DNA of 56,861 bases from Bryobacteraceae bacterium (GTDB lineage: Bacteria > Acidobacteriota > Terriglobia > Bryobacterales > Bryobacteraceae): NCBI GenBank assembly GCA_030041035.1, contig JASHOO010000242.1, forward strand, positions 1 through 56,861, written 5' to 3'. Below, one piece after another: positions 27,652 through 37,128 of this stretch; the stretch's first letter is position 1; the number at the start of each line of letters is the position of its first letter. The notes beneath the pieces were generated by a model. It made no database searches and had not been told where the DNA came from. It saw nothing but the letters and a program-made list of their open reading frames with translations. The position numbers were made by a program, and so were the translations under genes.

Positions 27652-28428
27652 TTGTCCCGCCAGCGGCTCGGCCAGCATTTCCTCGCCAAGAGTTCCCTCC
27701 TCGACCGCATCGCGCATGCCGCATGCCCTGAGCCCGAACCTTTAGTCATCGAAATCGGTCCCGGCCACGGCGCGCTCACCGGGCGCTTGGTCCCGCGCTC
27801 GGAAAGGCTCGTCGCCATCGAGATCGATTCCGCCCTCGTAGAGCGGCTCCGCACGAAGTTTGGCGGCGATCCACGCGTCACCATCCTCCACGCCGACGCC
27901 CTGGAAACTGATCTCGCGCAATGGGGCCCCGCAGTCATCGCGGGAAATCTTCCCTACTATGCGGCCACACCCGTCATAGAAAAGACACTCTCCGTCAATT
28001 TCCTGCGAGCCGTATTTCTGGTGCAAAAGGAAGTCGCCGCCCGCCTGGTCGCGACTCCGGGCTCCCGCAATTACGGCTACCTCAGCATTCGCACCCAGCT
28101 TTTCGCCAACATCGAAGCGCTGTTCGACATTCCCCCCTCCGCCTTTCGCCCTCCGCCCAAGGTCGATTCCACCGTGGTCCGCCTCCGCCCGCAGAACCGC
28201 GCCGCCGAGCTTGACATCCAGGACCCCGTCCGCTTCCTCGCCTTCGTGAGCCGTTGCTTCCGCCAGAAGCGCAAAACCCTGCGCAACAACCTCGCCACCG
28301 TCTTCGCAAAGGACGTCCTGGACCGCCTGCCTCTCGCCGGCCAGCGCGCCGAGGCCTTAACCATTTGGCAATTTGCGGATCTCTACCGCCTCTTGTACCA
28401 TCGTGAGCCTGGAGGTCAAAAACCATGA
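27652..28428 (+). CDS. rsmA: 16S rRNA (adenine1518/1519-N6)-dimethyltransferase
   Basis: RLGQHFL..., the SAM motif VIEIGPGHGALT, and IAGNLPYY, all KsgA/RsmA hallmarks. TTG start. Confidence 0.9.
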   Translation: MSRQRLGQHFLAKSSLLDRIAHAACPEPEPLVIEIGPGHGALTGRLVPRSERLVAIEIDSALVERLRTKFGGDPRVTILHADALETDLAQWGPAVIAGNLPYYAATPVIEKTLSVNFLRAVFLVQKEVAARLVATPGSRNYGYLSIRTQLFANIEALFDIPPSAFRPPPKVDSTVVRLRPQNRAAELDIQDPVRFLAFVSRCFRQKRKTLRNNLATVFAKDVLDRLPLAGQRAEALTIWQFADLYRLLYHREPGGQKP

Positions 28429-28937
28429 CACCCGCAGAAGCCCAGGGACTGGCAGGGTACCTTTGCCAGCACCTCGACATGGAGCGTCACATCACGCGCA
28501 AAATACTCGCGGCGTTGCCCGACGAACAGCTCAACTTCAAGCTAGGCGAGAAAGGAAGAACCGCAGCCGAGCTTGCCTGGCACCTGATTCAAAGCGAACG
28601 GGGCTTTGCCGAAGGCATTGCCGCCCTCACCTTCGACACCTGGTCGCCCGAGGGCCAGCCGCCCGCAACCGTCGCCGAAATGGTCGCGGCTTACGACCGT
28701 GACGTCGCCCCCGTTATCGAGCGCGTCAAGGCCATGACCGGTGAGCAGCTCGCCACGCCGGTCAGCTTCATGGGTATGGAACCCCTGCCCGCGGTCTTCT
28801 ACATCGGCTGGTGCGCCCACCACACCATCCACCATCGCGCACAGTTGAGCACTTATCTGCGCGCCATGAACGCTCACGTCCCCGCCATCTACGGAGGCAG
28901 TGCAGACGAGCCCATGGCCGCTGCGGCTTCGGCATAG
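28425..28937 (+). CDS. DinB family protein
   Basis: 170 aa. ELAWHLIQSE...HTIHHRAQLSTYLR is typical of the DinB/YfiT four-helix metal site. ATGA overlap with rsmA. Confidence 0.8.
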   Translation: MTPAEAQGLAGYLCQHLDMERHITRKILAALPDEQLNFKLGEKGRTAAELAWHLIQSERGFAEGIAALTFDTWSPEGQPPATVAEMVAAYDRDVAPVIERVKAMTGEQLATPVSFMGMEPLPAVFYIGWCAHHTIHHRAQLSTYLRAMNAHVPAIYGGSADEPMAAAASA

Positions 28938-28997
28938 TCGTTAATGAAACGGGGCGGACGCCTGCGTCCGCTCCGCACTTCGGTCCCGGACACGATC

Positions 28998-29981
28998 ATG
29001 GCCAGCAGCCCGATGCAATATATCTGGCCCGGCATCATTGGCGCACAGGCCATTCATGCCGCGGCGAAGCTGCGCATCCCGGACCTGCTGGCCTCTGGCC
29101 CCAGGAGCATCGTCGAACTCGCTGCGGATTCCGGCGCGGACGCGGCAGCGCTCGATAGGCTGTTGCGCGCGCTGAGCACGCTCGGCATGTTCGCGCTCTC
29201 TGCTGATGGGCGCTTTTCGAACACCCCGCTCACCGATGTGCTCCGGACGGATCACCCTCAGTCGCAACGCGATGCTGCCCTGTTTCTGCCCGCAGCCTTC
29301 CTTTGGCGCCCCTTGGGCGAGCTCTACGAATCAGTCAGCACCGGCGAGCCCGTGTTTCCACGCATCTTCGGGCAGCGCTTCTTCGAATACCTGGCTACGC
29401 ATCCGGATGACGCCGCGGTTTTCAATGCGGTGATGACTCAAGGCGTAGCCTTTACCAGCCCAGCCCTGCTTGCGGCGTATGACTTCTCGCGCTTGGAGCG
29501 GCTCGTCGACGTAGGAGGAGGCGAAGGCGCGCTGCTGCGCGACATTTTATCGGCGACACCGGGGCTGCGCGGCGTTCTATTCGATCTGCCTCAGGTAGTG
29601 TTGGGTGCGGGCGAGGTTCTGAACGGTGATCTCCGGGCACGCTGTCAAATCGTGGCCGGCGATTTTTTCCATTCGGTACCTGAAGGCGCCGACGCCTACA
29701 TCATGAAGGGCGTCATTCATGACTGGCCGGATGAGGACGCCGCCCGCATCCTCGGAAATACCCGGCGCGCGATCCTTAAGGACGGAACCCTGCTGCTGGT
29801 CGAAAACATGGCGGATGCCGCGTCCCGCCCGGTAGGCGTGATCGACTTGCTGATGCTTGTGATCGGGGGCCGCGAAAGAACCGAGGCCGACTTCCGCACC
29901 CTTCTTTCCGGTGCTGGTTTCGCCATCAACCGCATCATCCACATGGAGGCGTCCTCGCTGATCGAGTGCCGCCCGGTCTAG
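28998..29981 (+). CDS. SAM-dependent O-methyltransferase (dimerisation domain + Methyltransf_2)
   Basis: The N-terminal winged-helix dimerisation part (AAKLRIPDLLASGPRSIVELA) is followed by VDVGGGEGALL...GDFF...ADAYIMKGVIHDW. The start is set to the internal ATG 28998. Confidence 0.8.
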   Translation: MASSPMQYIWPGIIGAQAIHAAAKLRIPDLLASGPRSIVELAADSGADAAALDRLLRALSTLGMFALSADGRFSNTPLTDVLRTDHPQSQRDAALFLPAAFLWRPLGELYESVSTGEPVFPRIFGQRFFEYLATHPDDAAVFNAVMTQGVAFTSPALLAAYDFSRLERLVDVGGGEGALLRDILSATPGLRGVLFDLPQVVLGAGEVLNGDLRARCQIVAGDFFHSVPEGADAYIMKGVIHDWPDEDAARILGNTRRAILKDGTLLLVENMADAASRPVGVIDLLMLVIGGRERTEADFRTLLSGAGFAINRIIHMEASSLIECRPV

Positions 29982-29984
29982 GCC

Positions 29985-31325
29985 CTATCCCCACACCGCC
30001 TGCGCCGCCAGCACCAGCCCGAAACCCGTCAGCGACGACACCAGTTTCATCATCGTCCAGCTCTTCAGCGTTTGCGGCACAGCCATGCCGAAATATTCGT
30101 TCACGATCCAGAAGCCGGCGTCATTCACGTGCGAAATCATCGAGCCGCCGCAGCAGACCGCCAATACGATCATTTCCGGCCGGTATCCTGCCACGTGTTT
30201 CACCAGCGGCGCCATAATCCCCGCCGCGGTAATGATGGCCACGGTCGCCGATCCCTGCGCCACCCGCAGCACCGTCGCCACCAGGAATGCCACCACGAGC
30301 GGCGAGATGTTCGATGCCGCCAGCAGCCTGCCCGCATACAGCCCCGCCCCCGAATCGATAATCACCTGCTTGAACGCGCCCCCGCCGCCCATCATGAGCA
30401 GCAGCGTGCCGATAGGCGCGCACGAATCCACCGCCAGACGCGCAATCTGATTGCGATCCAGCCCCCGCCGCGTACCGAATACGATCATCGACGCGAGCGT
30501 CGCCAGCAGCAGCGCCGTGAACGGATGTCCGAAGAAACCCGCCCAAACTTTGCCCGGTAAATTGGCTGTGCCCGCGAGCGACGCACCGAAAATCAGCACC
30601 ACCGGAAAAACCAGGATTAACGCCACGGTGGCCGCGTGCGGAGGCGCACTCGTCTTCCCTGCTTCCGGCTCGGCGCGCTCCGCCATGGGTGGCGGGGGAA
30701 TGAACAGCCGCTCCCCAATCCACCGCCCGTAAAACACCCCGCCCGCGATCGCCATGGGTATCGAAACCACTACGCCGTAGAGAATCACCAGTCCCAGGTC
30801 TGCGCCGAGCAGTTGCGCCGCGGCCGCCGGCGCCGGATGCGGCGGCACCAGCGAGTGCGTGGCGCTGAGCGCCGCCGTCATCGGCATCCCGTAAACCAGC
30901 AGCGACCGCTTCGATTCTTTCGCCAGGCTCCAGATGAGCGGCGCCAGAATGATAAAGCCCACCTCGAAGAACAGCGGCAGCCCCACCAGATACGCCGCCA
31001 CAAACAGCGCCAGCGTCGCGCGGTCGCGCCCAAACCGTTCGAGCAGCCATTCCGCCAGCGACCGCCCGCCGCCCGAGTCCTCTATGTACCGCCCGATCAT
31101 CGCGCCCAGCCCCACCACCACCGCGATGAATCCCAGCGCGTCGCCGAAGCCGAATTGAATCGACTTCAAAACCGCCGCCGGCGCCATCCCCGCCCCCAGT
31201 CCCAGCGTCAGGCTCGAAATCATCATCGCCAGAAACGCATGCAGCTTCACCACCAGGATCAGAACGAGCAGCAGCACGATCGAGGCGATCGTGAGTATCA
31301 GCAGACCGGGACCGGCAACAGGCAT
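29985..31325 (-). CDS. GntP family (gluconate:H+ symporter-like) permease
   Basis: 446 aa polytopic membrane protein with typical GntP blocks (GLGAMIGRYIEDSGG..., GGGGAFKQVIIDSG..., SHVNDAGFW). Confidence 0.85.
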   Translation of the reverse strand: MPVAGPGLLILTIASIVLLLVLILVVKLHAFLAMMISSLTLGLGAGMAPAAVLKSIQFGFGDALGFIAVVVGLGAMIGRYIEDSGGGRSLAEWLLERFGRDRATLALFVAAYLVGLPLFFEVGFIILAPLIWSLAKESKRSLLVYGMPMTAALSATHSLVPPHPAPAAAAQLLGADLGLVILYGVVVSIPMAIAGGVFYGRWIGERLFIPPPPMAERAEPEAGKTSAPPHAATVALILVFPVVLIFGASLAGTANLPGKVWAGFFGHPFTALLLATLASMIVFGTRRGLDRNQIARLAVDSCAPIGTLLLMMGGGGAFKQVIIDSGAGLYAGRLLAASNISPLVVAFLVATVLRVAQGSATVAIITAAGIMAPLVKHVAGYRPEMIVLAVCCGGSMISHVNDAGFWIVNEYFGMAVPQTLKSWTMMKLVSSLTGFGLVLAAQAVWG

Positions 31326-31382
31326 GAACCGGCTATTCTATAACGCCCCGGTCCCTTCGACCGTGTTGTAGTCTCTAATCTT

Positions 31383-32126
31383 ATGGACTGGTTCGAGGAC
31401 GAAACCTTCTGGAGGGGCTTGTATCCCTATATGTTTCCGCCCGAGCGCTTTGCCGTCGCTGACGAGCAGGCCGGTCAGGTGCTCGCCTTGACTCAGTGCT
31501 ACACCGGCGCCGTCCTCGACCTCGGTTGCGGTCCCGGCCGCCACTCCGTCGCCTTCGCTCAGCGCGGTTTCGCCGTCACCGGTGTCGATCGCACCACCTT
31601 CCTGCTCAACCTGGCCCGTAAGCGCGCCGCCAAAGCCGGCGTCACCATCGAATGGGTCCACGAGGATATGCGCCGCTTCCTTCGCCCCACGGCTTTCGAT
31701 CTCGCATGCAGCCTCTTTACCTCCTTCGGCTACTTCGCCGACGAAGCCGACGACCTCCGGGTCCTGCGTAACGTTTACGCCAGCCTCAAGCCCTCCGGTA
31801 TCTTCGTCATGGAGCTGATGGGCAAGGAGCGGCTGGCTCGTGCCTGGCAGAATGCCTTGTGTACTCAGGCGCCCGATGGATCCATGATCGTCCAGCATCC
31901 GCAGGTCACCGCTGACTGGTGCCGCATTAAGAACGACTGGATCGTCATCCGCGACGGCCACGCCCAAACTTTTCACTTCGAGCACAGCGTCTATTCCGGC
32001 CGCGAGATCAAAGACCGCCTGCTGGCCTGCGGCTTTTCTGAAGTGCAACTGTTCGGTGGCCTCGCCGGCTCGCCCTACGACCTCGATGCCACACGCCTCG
32101 TAGCCGTCGCCCGCAAACGCTCGTAA
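31383..32126 (+). CDS. Class I SAM-dependent methyltransferase
   Basis: Motif I is VLDLGCGPGRHSVAFAQRGFAVTGVD; post-I and II blocks are present. Confidence 0.8.
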   Translation: MDWFEDETFWRGLYPYMFPPERFAVADEQAGQVLALTQCYTGAVLDLGCGPGRHSVAFAQRGFAVTGVDRTTFLLNLARKRAAKAGVTIEWVHEDMRRFLRPTAFDLACSLFTSFGYFADEADDLRVLRNVYASLKPSGIFVMELMGKERLARAWQNALCTQAPDGSMIVQHPQVTADWCRIKNDWIVIRDGHAQTFHFEHSVYSGREIKDRLLACGFSEVQLFGGLAGSPYDLDATRLVAVARKRS

Positions 32127-32261
32127 ATGACGCAAGTTCGTCTCGCCCCTGAACAGCCCCGTCCCGAAACCGGACAAATAGGACTTTAAGAGCCTATATA
32201 TTCTTTAAAATTCGCCCTGGCCTCACGATTGCTAGGCCGTAGACAGAAGGATGGCACTTCT

Positions 32262-34640
32262 ATGTGGCAGGATCTGCGCGTGGCCCTGCGCGTCTTGAAC
32301 AAAAGCCGCGGGACGACCCTTCTCTGCATTGTTTCTATTGGGTTAGGCATTGGTCTGACCACCGGAATCTTCAGCCTGAGCGACGCCATGTTTCTCCGTC
32401 CCTTCGCCTTCGACAAGCCCGGCGAGGTCCTCTGGCTCTCCTCGCGCAGCGACGATGGCAACGACATCGCCTACTGCTGGCCGGACTACCAGGACATGCT
32501 CCATGCCGCCGCAAATATCGCGGATCTCGCCACCTACGAGCGTGTAGGCGGGACCGTCGGCCATGGGGACGACCGCCAGTCCGTGCTCACTTATCCATCG
32601 ACGCATAACTATTTCCAGTTCTTGGGCGTGAAAGCGCAGCTCGGACGTGCGTCGTTTGAACCAATCGGGGGGCAACCCGTGCTGGTGATCGGTCACCGGC
32701 TCTGGCAGCAGAGGTTCGGCGGCGATCCGCAAATCGCCGGAAAGCGAATCGTCTTCGACGGCCGCAGCTTTGTCGTCGCCGGCGTCCTGCCGCCCGAATT
32801 CACGGGAATGCTACGCGGCGTTCCAAACGACATCTGGATCAGCATGGAGGACTGGTTCCAGCTTCCGGGACGCGCCGATGAAAGATACGAGCGGAGCGCG
32901 GGAAATTTCGAGATCATCGCACGCCTGAAACCCGGAGTGAGCCCGCAGCGCGCAGCGGCGCAGTTCGATGCGTCTATTCGCGGTGCTGGAAAGCGGAGAC
33001 CCGCGCCCTCGGGCCAGGGTGGCACGCTCCTCCATAAACAGTTCGTCATGGAGTGGGACCGCACGTCGGTCCTGAGCGGCGCCGGGCTCTTCCTGGTCCT
33101 CGGGCTGGTGTTGTTTACTGCCTGTGCCAATGTGGCCCAATTGCGGATGGCCCAGGCGGAAGCGCGTAAGAAGGAACTCGGCATCCGGCTGGCGATAGGC
33201 GCTGGTCCGGGGCGGGTTGCGCGCCACTTGTTGGTCGAAACCGTTGTGGTGAGTCTCGCCGGTGCGGGCGTGGGCGTACTTCTGGCGCAGTTCCTCATGC
33301 AGAACGTATCTGCATTCGTCACTGCAGCTACGTCATATCTGGATTACGGGGTGCGCCTCGATTTCCGTGTCTTGACCTTCGCTCTACTTTCAACCGTTTG
33401 CGCCGTGGTGTTCTCCGGTTTCACGCCCATGCGCCGCGCGTGGAAACTAAATGTCGTGGAAGTGCTGAAATCCGAGCAAGGGACGACCGGCGTCCACACC
33501 ACCTGGCAAAAGAAAGCGCTGGTGGTTGGGCAAATTGCCGGCAGCGTGATGCTTTTTGGCGTCGCAGTGCTCTTCATTCAGAGCTTCCGCAACGCGGCCG
33601 CGGTGCGGCCGGGATTCGATCCCAACAAGAAAATCCTCGTCATGGACCTTCAATCGGGGACTCGAATGTCGGCTCTGAGCTGGTGCGAACAGATCTCCGA
33701 GCGGTTGGCCGCACTGCCGGGAGTCCGCGCCGCAACCTTTGCACGGCGCATCCCGTTGAGCGGCTCCGGAGGCGGAATGACCGTGCGGCTCGAGGTTCCC
33801 GGTCAGGCTCCCCGGGGCGTCCCCGTCTACAACGTCGCCGGAAACTATTTTTCCGTGATGGGCACGCGGGTGCTCGCGGGACGTGGCATCGACACCAACG
33901 ATCGCGAGAACAGCCCGTTGGTGGTTGTGCTGTCGCAACATCTGGCTCACCAGGTGTTCCCCAGCCGCAATCCGATCGGCCAGTGGGTCTCGGTTGACGG
34001 GAAGATACGCCAGATCGTAGGCATCGCCGAAAACGGGCCTATTGAGGACCTGCACGAACCACCCGCTCCTTCCCTTTATTTGCCCTTTGCTCAGATGCCA
34101 TGGGGTGGTATCACGCTCATGGTAGAGACCGCCTCAGATCCCGGCGCTCTGGCCACAGCCGTTCGCCAGAAGATCAAGAGTTTCGATCCCGGTGTCCTGA
34201 TGGACACCACGACTCTTCGCGCCTACATGCGAGGAGCGCTGGCCACCGATCAGTTGTACGTCAGGTTGACTAGCGGTCTGGGAGTTTTCGGCTTCCTCCT
34301 CACCGCCGCCGGCCTGTTCGGCATGATCCAGTACGCCGTGAATCGCCGGACCCGTGAGATTGGCCTGCGCATGGCCCTCGGCGCGCATCCCCGCGAAATC
34401 AAGCGGATGGTGCTGGCGGAATCGCTCCGCCTGGCAGGCCAGGGAGTGCCGCTTGGCCTCCTGCTCCTTGCGCCCCTTGCATGGTCCCTCCGCTCCATGG
34501 TACTCGGCGTGACCCCGCTGTCCCCGATCATGTATCTCGCAAGCGCCGCCGCAGCCATGGTGATCGCGTTATTGGCAGCCTGGCTGCCGGCCCAACGAGC
34601 TACCCGCATCGACCCCATGAGCGCCCTGCGCAGTGAGTAG
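32262..34640 (+). CDS. ADOP-family duplicated MacB/FtsX-type ABC permease (no adjacent ATPase)
   Basis: MWQDLRVALRVLNKSRGTTLL is the typical ADOP N-terminus. There are two MacB periplasmic-domain plus FtsX 4-TM halves, and the C-terminal ...RATRIDPMSALRSE signature. Confidence 0.85.
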   Translation: MWQDLRVALRVLNKSRGTTLLCIVSIGLGIGLTTGIFSLSDAMFLRPFAFDKPGEVLWLSSRSDDGNDIAYCWPDYQDMLHAAANIADLATYERVGGTVGHGDDRQSVLTYPSTHNYFQFLGVKAQLGRASFEPIGGQPVLVIGHRLWQQRFGGDPQIAGKRIVFDGRSFVVAGVLPPEFTGMLRGVPNDIWISMEDWFQLPGRADERYERSAGNFEIIARLKPGVSPQRAAAQFDASIRGAGKRRPAPSGQGGTLLHKQFVMEWDRTSVLSGAGLFLVLGLVLFTACANVAQLRMAQAEARKKELGIRLAIGAGPGRVARHLLVETVVVSLAGAGVGVLLAQFLMQNVSAFVTAATSYLDYGVRLDFRVLTFALLSTVCAVVFSGFTPMRRAWKLNVVEVLKSEQGTTGVHTTWQKKALVVGQIAGSVMLFGVAVLFIQSFRNAAAVRPGFDPNKKILVMDLQSGTRMSALSWCEQISERLAALPGVRAATFARRIPLSGSGGGMTVRLEVPGQAPRGVPVYNVAGNYFSVMGTRVLAGRGIDTNDRENSPLVVVLSQHLAHQVFPSRNPIGQWVSVDGKIRQIVGIAENGPIEDLHEPPAPSLYLPFAQMPWGGITLMVETASDPGALATAVRQKIKSFDPGVLMDTTTLRAYMRGALATDQLYVRLTSGLGVFGFLLTAAGLFGMIQYAVNRRTREIGLRMALGAHPREIKRMVLAESLRLAGQGVPLGLLLLAPLAWSLRSMVLGVTPLSPIMYLASAAAAMVIALLAAWLPAQRATRIDPMSALRSE

Positions 34641-34690
34641 CGGCCGGCCATGACCGGCCTGATCATCGGCCTCCGGACACGTCGGCCCCC

Positions 34691-35881
34691 CTACCCCAAC
34701 CGGATCTTCGCCTCCAGCCAGATCAGCAACACCAGCACGAACACCATACACGTCCCTGCCAGCGGCATCGCCATCACCACGCCAATGCCCCAGATATCCG
34801 CCAGGTGCCCCAGCGTCCATGGCGCCAGCATCGCGCCGGTGAGCGCGATGGAGAAAATACCGTTGAAAAATCCCGGCCGGAAATCCGGAAACTCGCGCCC
34901 GATGCGTTCGGCGATTAGCGGATAAATCGCCGCAAATCCGCAACCCACCAGCAGCGTCCCGATCAACGCCCCGAACTGGTTGTTCGTCGCCAGTAGCAAT
35001 AGACAGCCGAACACCGCCTCGCCCGCACTCACCAGCAGGAATCTGGGGTGCCTGACCCGCGGCAGCAGAGCCACCGCCGCCAGCCGGCCGACGATCAGCG
35101 CCAGCCAGTAGACGGCCAGTATGGTGAGTGCCGCCTTCGGGCTGGCTCCCAGGCGGCGAATCAGAAAAATCGGCAGCCAGCCCGCGATCGACCATTCATT
35201 GCCGAACTGAAAAAACAACAGAGCCGCAAAGAGAATCCCTCCCAGGCTGCGGAGATCCCGAAATAGTTGCGCCAGCGTCGGCTTCCGCGAAACGACGGTC
35301 ACAAATGAACTCCGCGCATACCAGACCGCAAAGAAACCCGGGACCAGCGCAATGAAAATCAGGATGCTGGTGACGGTGTATGCGTAGAACGTGCCTGCAA
35401 CCAAAACCGTCACCAGCAGGCATCCCAGCCCGAACAAGATTCCCCCGGCGTTCGCGGTGGCAGCCGGGTCGCGGTCGTAAGCCGGTGAAATTGCATGAAA
35501 TACTGCGGTATTCAGCAGCCCGGTGGCAAACCCCAATGCCACAAGGCCCCCCATACGCCACCAGGCGGCCGCCGGCGGCGGCACCAGCGCCAGCCCCACC
35601 AACGCCGCGCACGCGAGCGCGCATGCCGCCACCATGAGGAACCCAATCCCCTGCTTCAACAGCAGGCTGCCCGCGGCCTCCGTCGAGACAATCATCCCTA
35701 TGCTCATGCTCAGGAAGTAGTTGCCGACCGTGGAGAACTCCGAAGCGAGGTGGTACCCCCAGGCTGGTAAAATCGCGCCCAGAAATCCGAACAGCAGCCC
35801 TGAAATCAGAAGCCCGCTCAACGCCCGGAGGGCGGCTGCATCACGCCAGACTTTCTGCCCCTCAGACGCTGTCAAACTCAC
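34691..35881 (-). CDS. MFS transporter
   Basis: 396 aa with about 12 hydrophobic segments and MFS-like loop motifs. It has a GTG start with no clear SD, so the start is uncertain. Confidence 0.75.
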   Translation of the reverse strand: MSLTASEGQKVWRDAAALRALSGLLISGLLFGFLGAILPAWGYHLASEFSTVGNYFLSMSIGMIVSTEAAGSLLLKQGIGFLMVAACALACAALVGLALVPPPAAAWWRMGGLVALGFATGLLNTAVFHAISPAYDRDPAATANAGGILFGLGCLLVTVLVAGTFYAYTVTSILIFIALVPGFFAVWYARSSFVTVVSRKPTLAQLFRDLRSLGGILFAALLFFQFGNEWSIAGWLPIFLIRRLGASPKAALTILAVYWLALIVGRLAAVALLPRVRHPRFLLVSAGEAVFGCLLLLATNNQFGALIGTLLVGCGFAAIYPLIAERIGREFPDFRPGFFNGIFSIALTGAMLAPWTLGHLADIWGIGVVMAMPLAGTCMVFVLVLLIWLEAKIRLG

Positions 35882-36191
35882 CAGACGATTGTAGCGCTTC
35901 CGAATTCTGGATCGCCGGACCTGCGAACCATACCGGAAATGGGATACCAGGCGACGGACGGCATTTATTTGCCATCACTTAGAGATGGAACGTGTCTTGC
36001 AAGCGGGTGTTAGAAGGGTCATTGATGCGGGGTTGGGAGTGCTTTGGTGGGGCGCTGTCTCCCCAGCACTTGAGCACGGGCTCTTGGGGTGAGGAGCCCG
36101 CGTGCCACTTACACTACGCTACAGGCAGTAGCGAACAATCTGGCAAGCACTAAATGTAGCAATGCGGTTGAAGGTTCGAAACCACTTCTTC

Positions 36192-36220
36192 TTGACACGG
36201 CTTTCACTTGGGAATACCAT
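36192..36220 (+). promoter_or_regulatory. Candidate sigma70-type promoter (TTGACA-N17-TACCAT) inside the rpmE upstream island
   Basis: TTGACA at 36192-36197, a 17-nt spacer, then TACCAT at 36215-36220. Sequence match only. Confidence 0.3.
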
Positions 36221-36227
36221 CGAGTTA

Positions 36228-36477
36228 TCACTGAGGAAGGAGGTGGTCCAGGAACATGATTGATAGTAGTAGACCGCGCGAGGTGGCCGACTGCTGAGTC
36301 GACCGTTCTAACGTAGTCGGTTCCGTTTCAGTGGCGGGGCCAAGTTCATGATGACCGGCCACTTCGACGCGAATCTAACTGCCTCAGGTTTAATCTAAGG
36401 CTACCGAGCCCCCGTGAGTCCCCAGGTGCAGCAGCTCAAAGCTGCTACCCAGGGATCACGGGGGTTTGTGTTTTGTT
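36228..36477 (+). ncRNA. Candidate ~250-nt structured transcript: rpmE 5' leader/attenuator or independent sRNA
   Basis: It is bounded by the candidate promoter and a strong intrinsic terminator. It contains AAGGAGGTG (36237-36245), a 13-codon uORF (36256-36297, MIDSSRPREVADC), and a 10-bp long-range helix pairing 36280-36289 with 36356-36365. No Rfam family was recognised by eye. Confidence 0.3.
36409..36477 (+). terminator. Rho-independent terminator / attenuator hairpin immediately upstream of rpmE
   Basis: The hairpin is long and GC-rich. CCCCCGTGA (36409-36417) pairs with TCACGGGGG (36456-36464), the inner GCAGC/GCTGC stem has a 5-nt loop, and TTTGTGTTTTGTT (36465-36477) follows. Confidence 0.7.
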
Positions 36478-36505
36478 ATACTTGAAGTTCACCCGAAAGG
36501 ATCCC

Positions 36506-36739
36506 ATGAAAGCCGGAATTCACCCCGCCTACGAAGAGATCAATGTCATCTGCGCCTGTGGACACGTGTTCAAAACACGATCCACCCACAAAGGCGACAT
36601 CCGCGTGGAAATCTGCTCCAGCTGCCACCCGTTTTTCACCGGCCGGCAAAAGCTGGTGGACACGGCTGGACGCGTAGAAAAGTTCGAGAAGAAGTATCAG
36701 AAGGCGAGAGCGGCAAAAAAGAAGCAGCCAGTGGGCTAG
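36506..36739 (+). CDS. rpmE: 50S ribosomal protein L31 (Zn-ribbon, C+ form)
   Basis: [49 protein letters not shown], with GAAAGGA as the SD. The track ORF starts earlier (36473), but the conserved N-terminus begins at ATG 36506. Confidence 0.9.
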   Translation: MKAGIHPAYEEINVICACGHVFKTRSTHKGDIRVEICSSCHPFFTGRQKLVDTAGRVEKFEKKYQKARAAKKKQPVG

Positions 36740-37128
36740 GGGTGGGGAGCGTGCTCGCGCTCCTTTTCCCGCTCATCCAGGAACTTGGTGTATTCGGCCT
36801 GCTGGGAATCAGTCAGAAGTGCCCGGATTCGTTGAGTTTGTTCGTCCTGAATAGCCTTCAGCTCGGGGCGGTGTTTGTCCCGCAGCTCGCGGATCTGCTT
36901 ACGTGTTTCCTCCAGGATCGGCCCGAGCTTATCCACCTGGTCGTCGGTGAGGCTCAACCGGGAGCGCAGCTCCGAGACATAGCGGCGCTTAAATTCTTCC
37001 GGCGTAGGCCGTCCGCCAGCGCGAACGGAATTCAGCGTATAAAGCCTTAAGCCGAATGCACCTACCGCCACGCCACTGAGAAACAAAATGGCCAGATACA
37101 GGATGGTGGTGAAGCTGGCGCGGCGCAT
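36736..37128 (-). CDS. Periplasmic Spy/CpxP-like (LTxxQ) stress/heavy-metal sensor protein
   Basis: Signal-anchor sequence, then two LTxxQ-type motifs ([24 protein letters not shown]). Confidence 0.75.
   Translation of the reverse strand: MRRASFTTILYLAILFLSGVAVGAFGLRLYTLNSVRAGGRPTPEEFKRRYVSELRSRLSLTDDQVDKLGPILEETRKQIRELRDKHRPELKAIQDEQTQRIRALLTDSQQAEYTKFLDEREKEREHAPHP

Noticed and set aside
34642-34659. Short GGCCGG/CCGGCC hairpin between the convergent ADOP and MFS genes, considered as a terminator.
   Set aside because: It has only a 6-bp stem and no flanking T/A tracts. In GC-rich DNA this is too weak to call.
36160-36200. GGTTCGAAACC, which resembles a tRNA T-loop and suggested a tRNA or tmRNA.
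   Set aside because: The flanking bases do not form a T-stem (tgaagg versus ccactt are not complementary). No acceptor or anticodon arms and no CCA-proximal stem are found on either strand.
35882-36505. Tested by eye for tmRNA, RNase P RNA, SRP/4.5S RNA and common riboswitch cores.
   Set aside because: The hallmark strings are absent. These are the tmRNA GGGG...TTCGAC 5' end and tRNA-like 3' end, the RNase P GGAAAGTCCGG, and the SRP GGAAGCAGCC-type domain IV. The region is therefore kept only as an unclassified structured RNA candidate.
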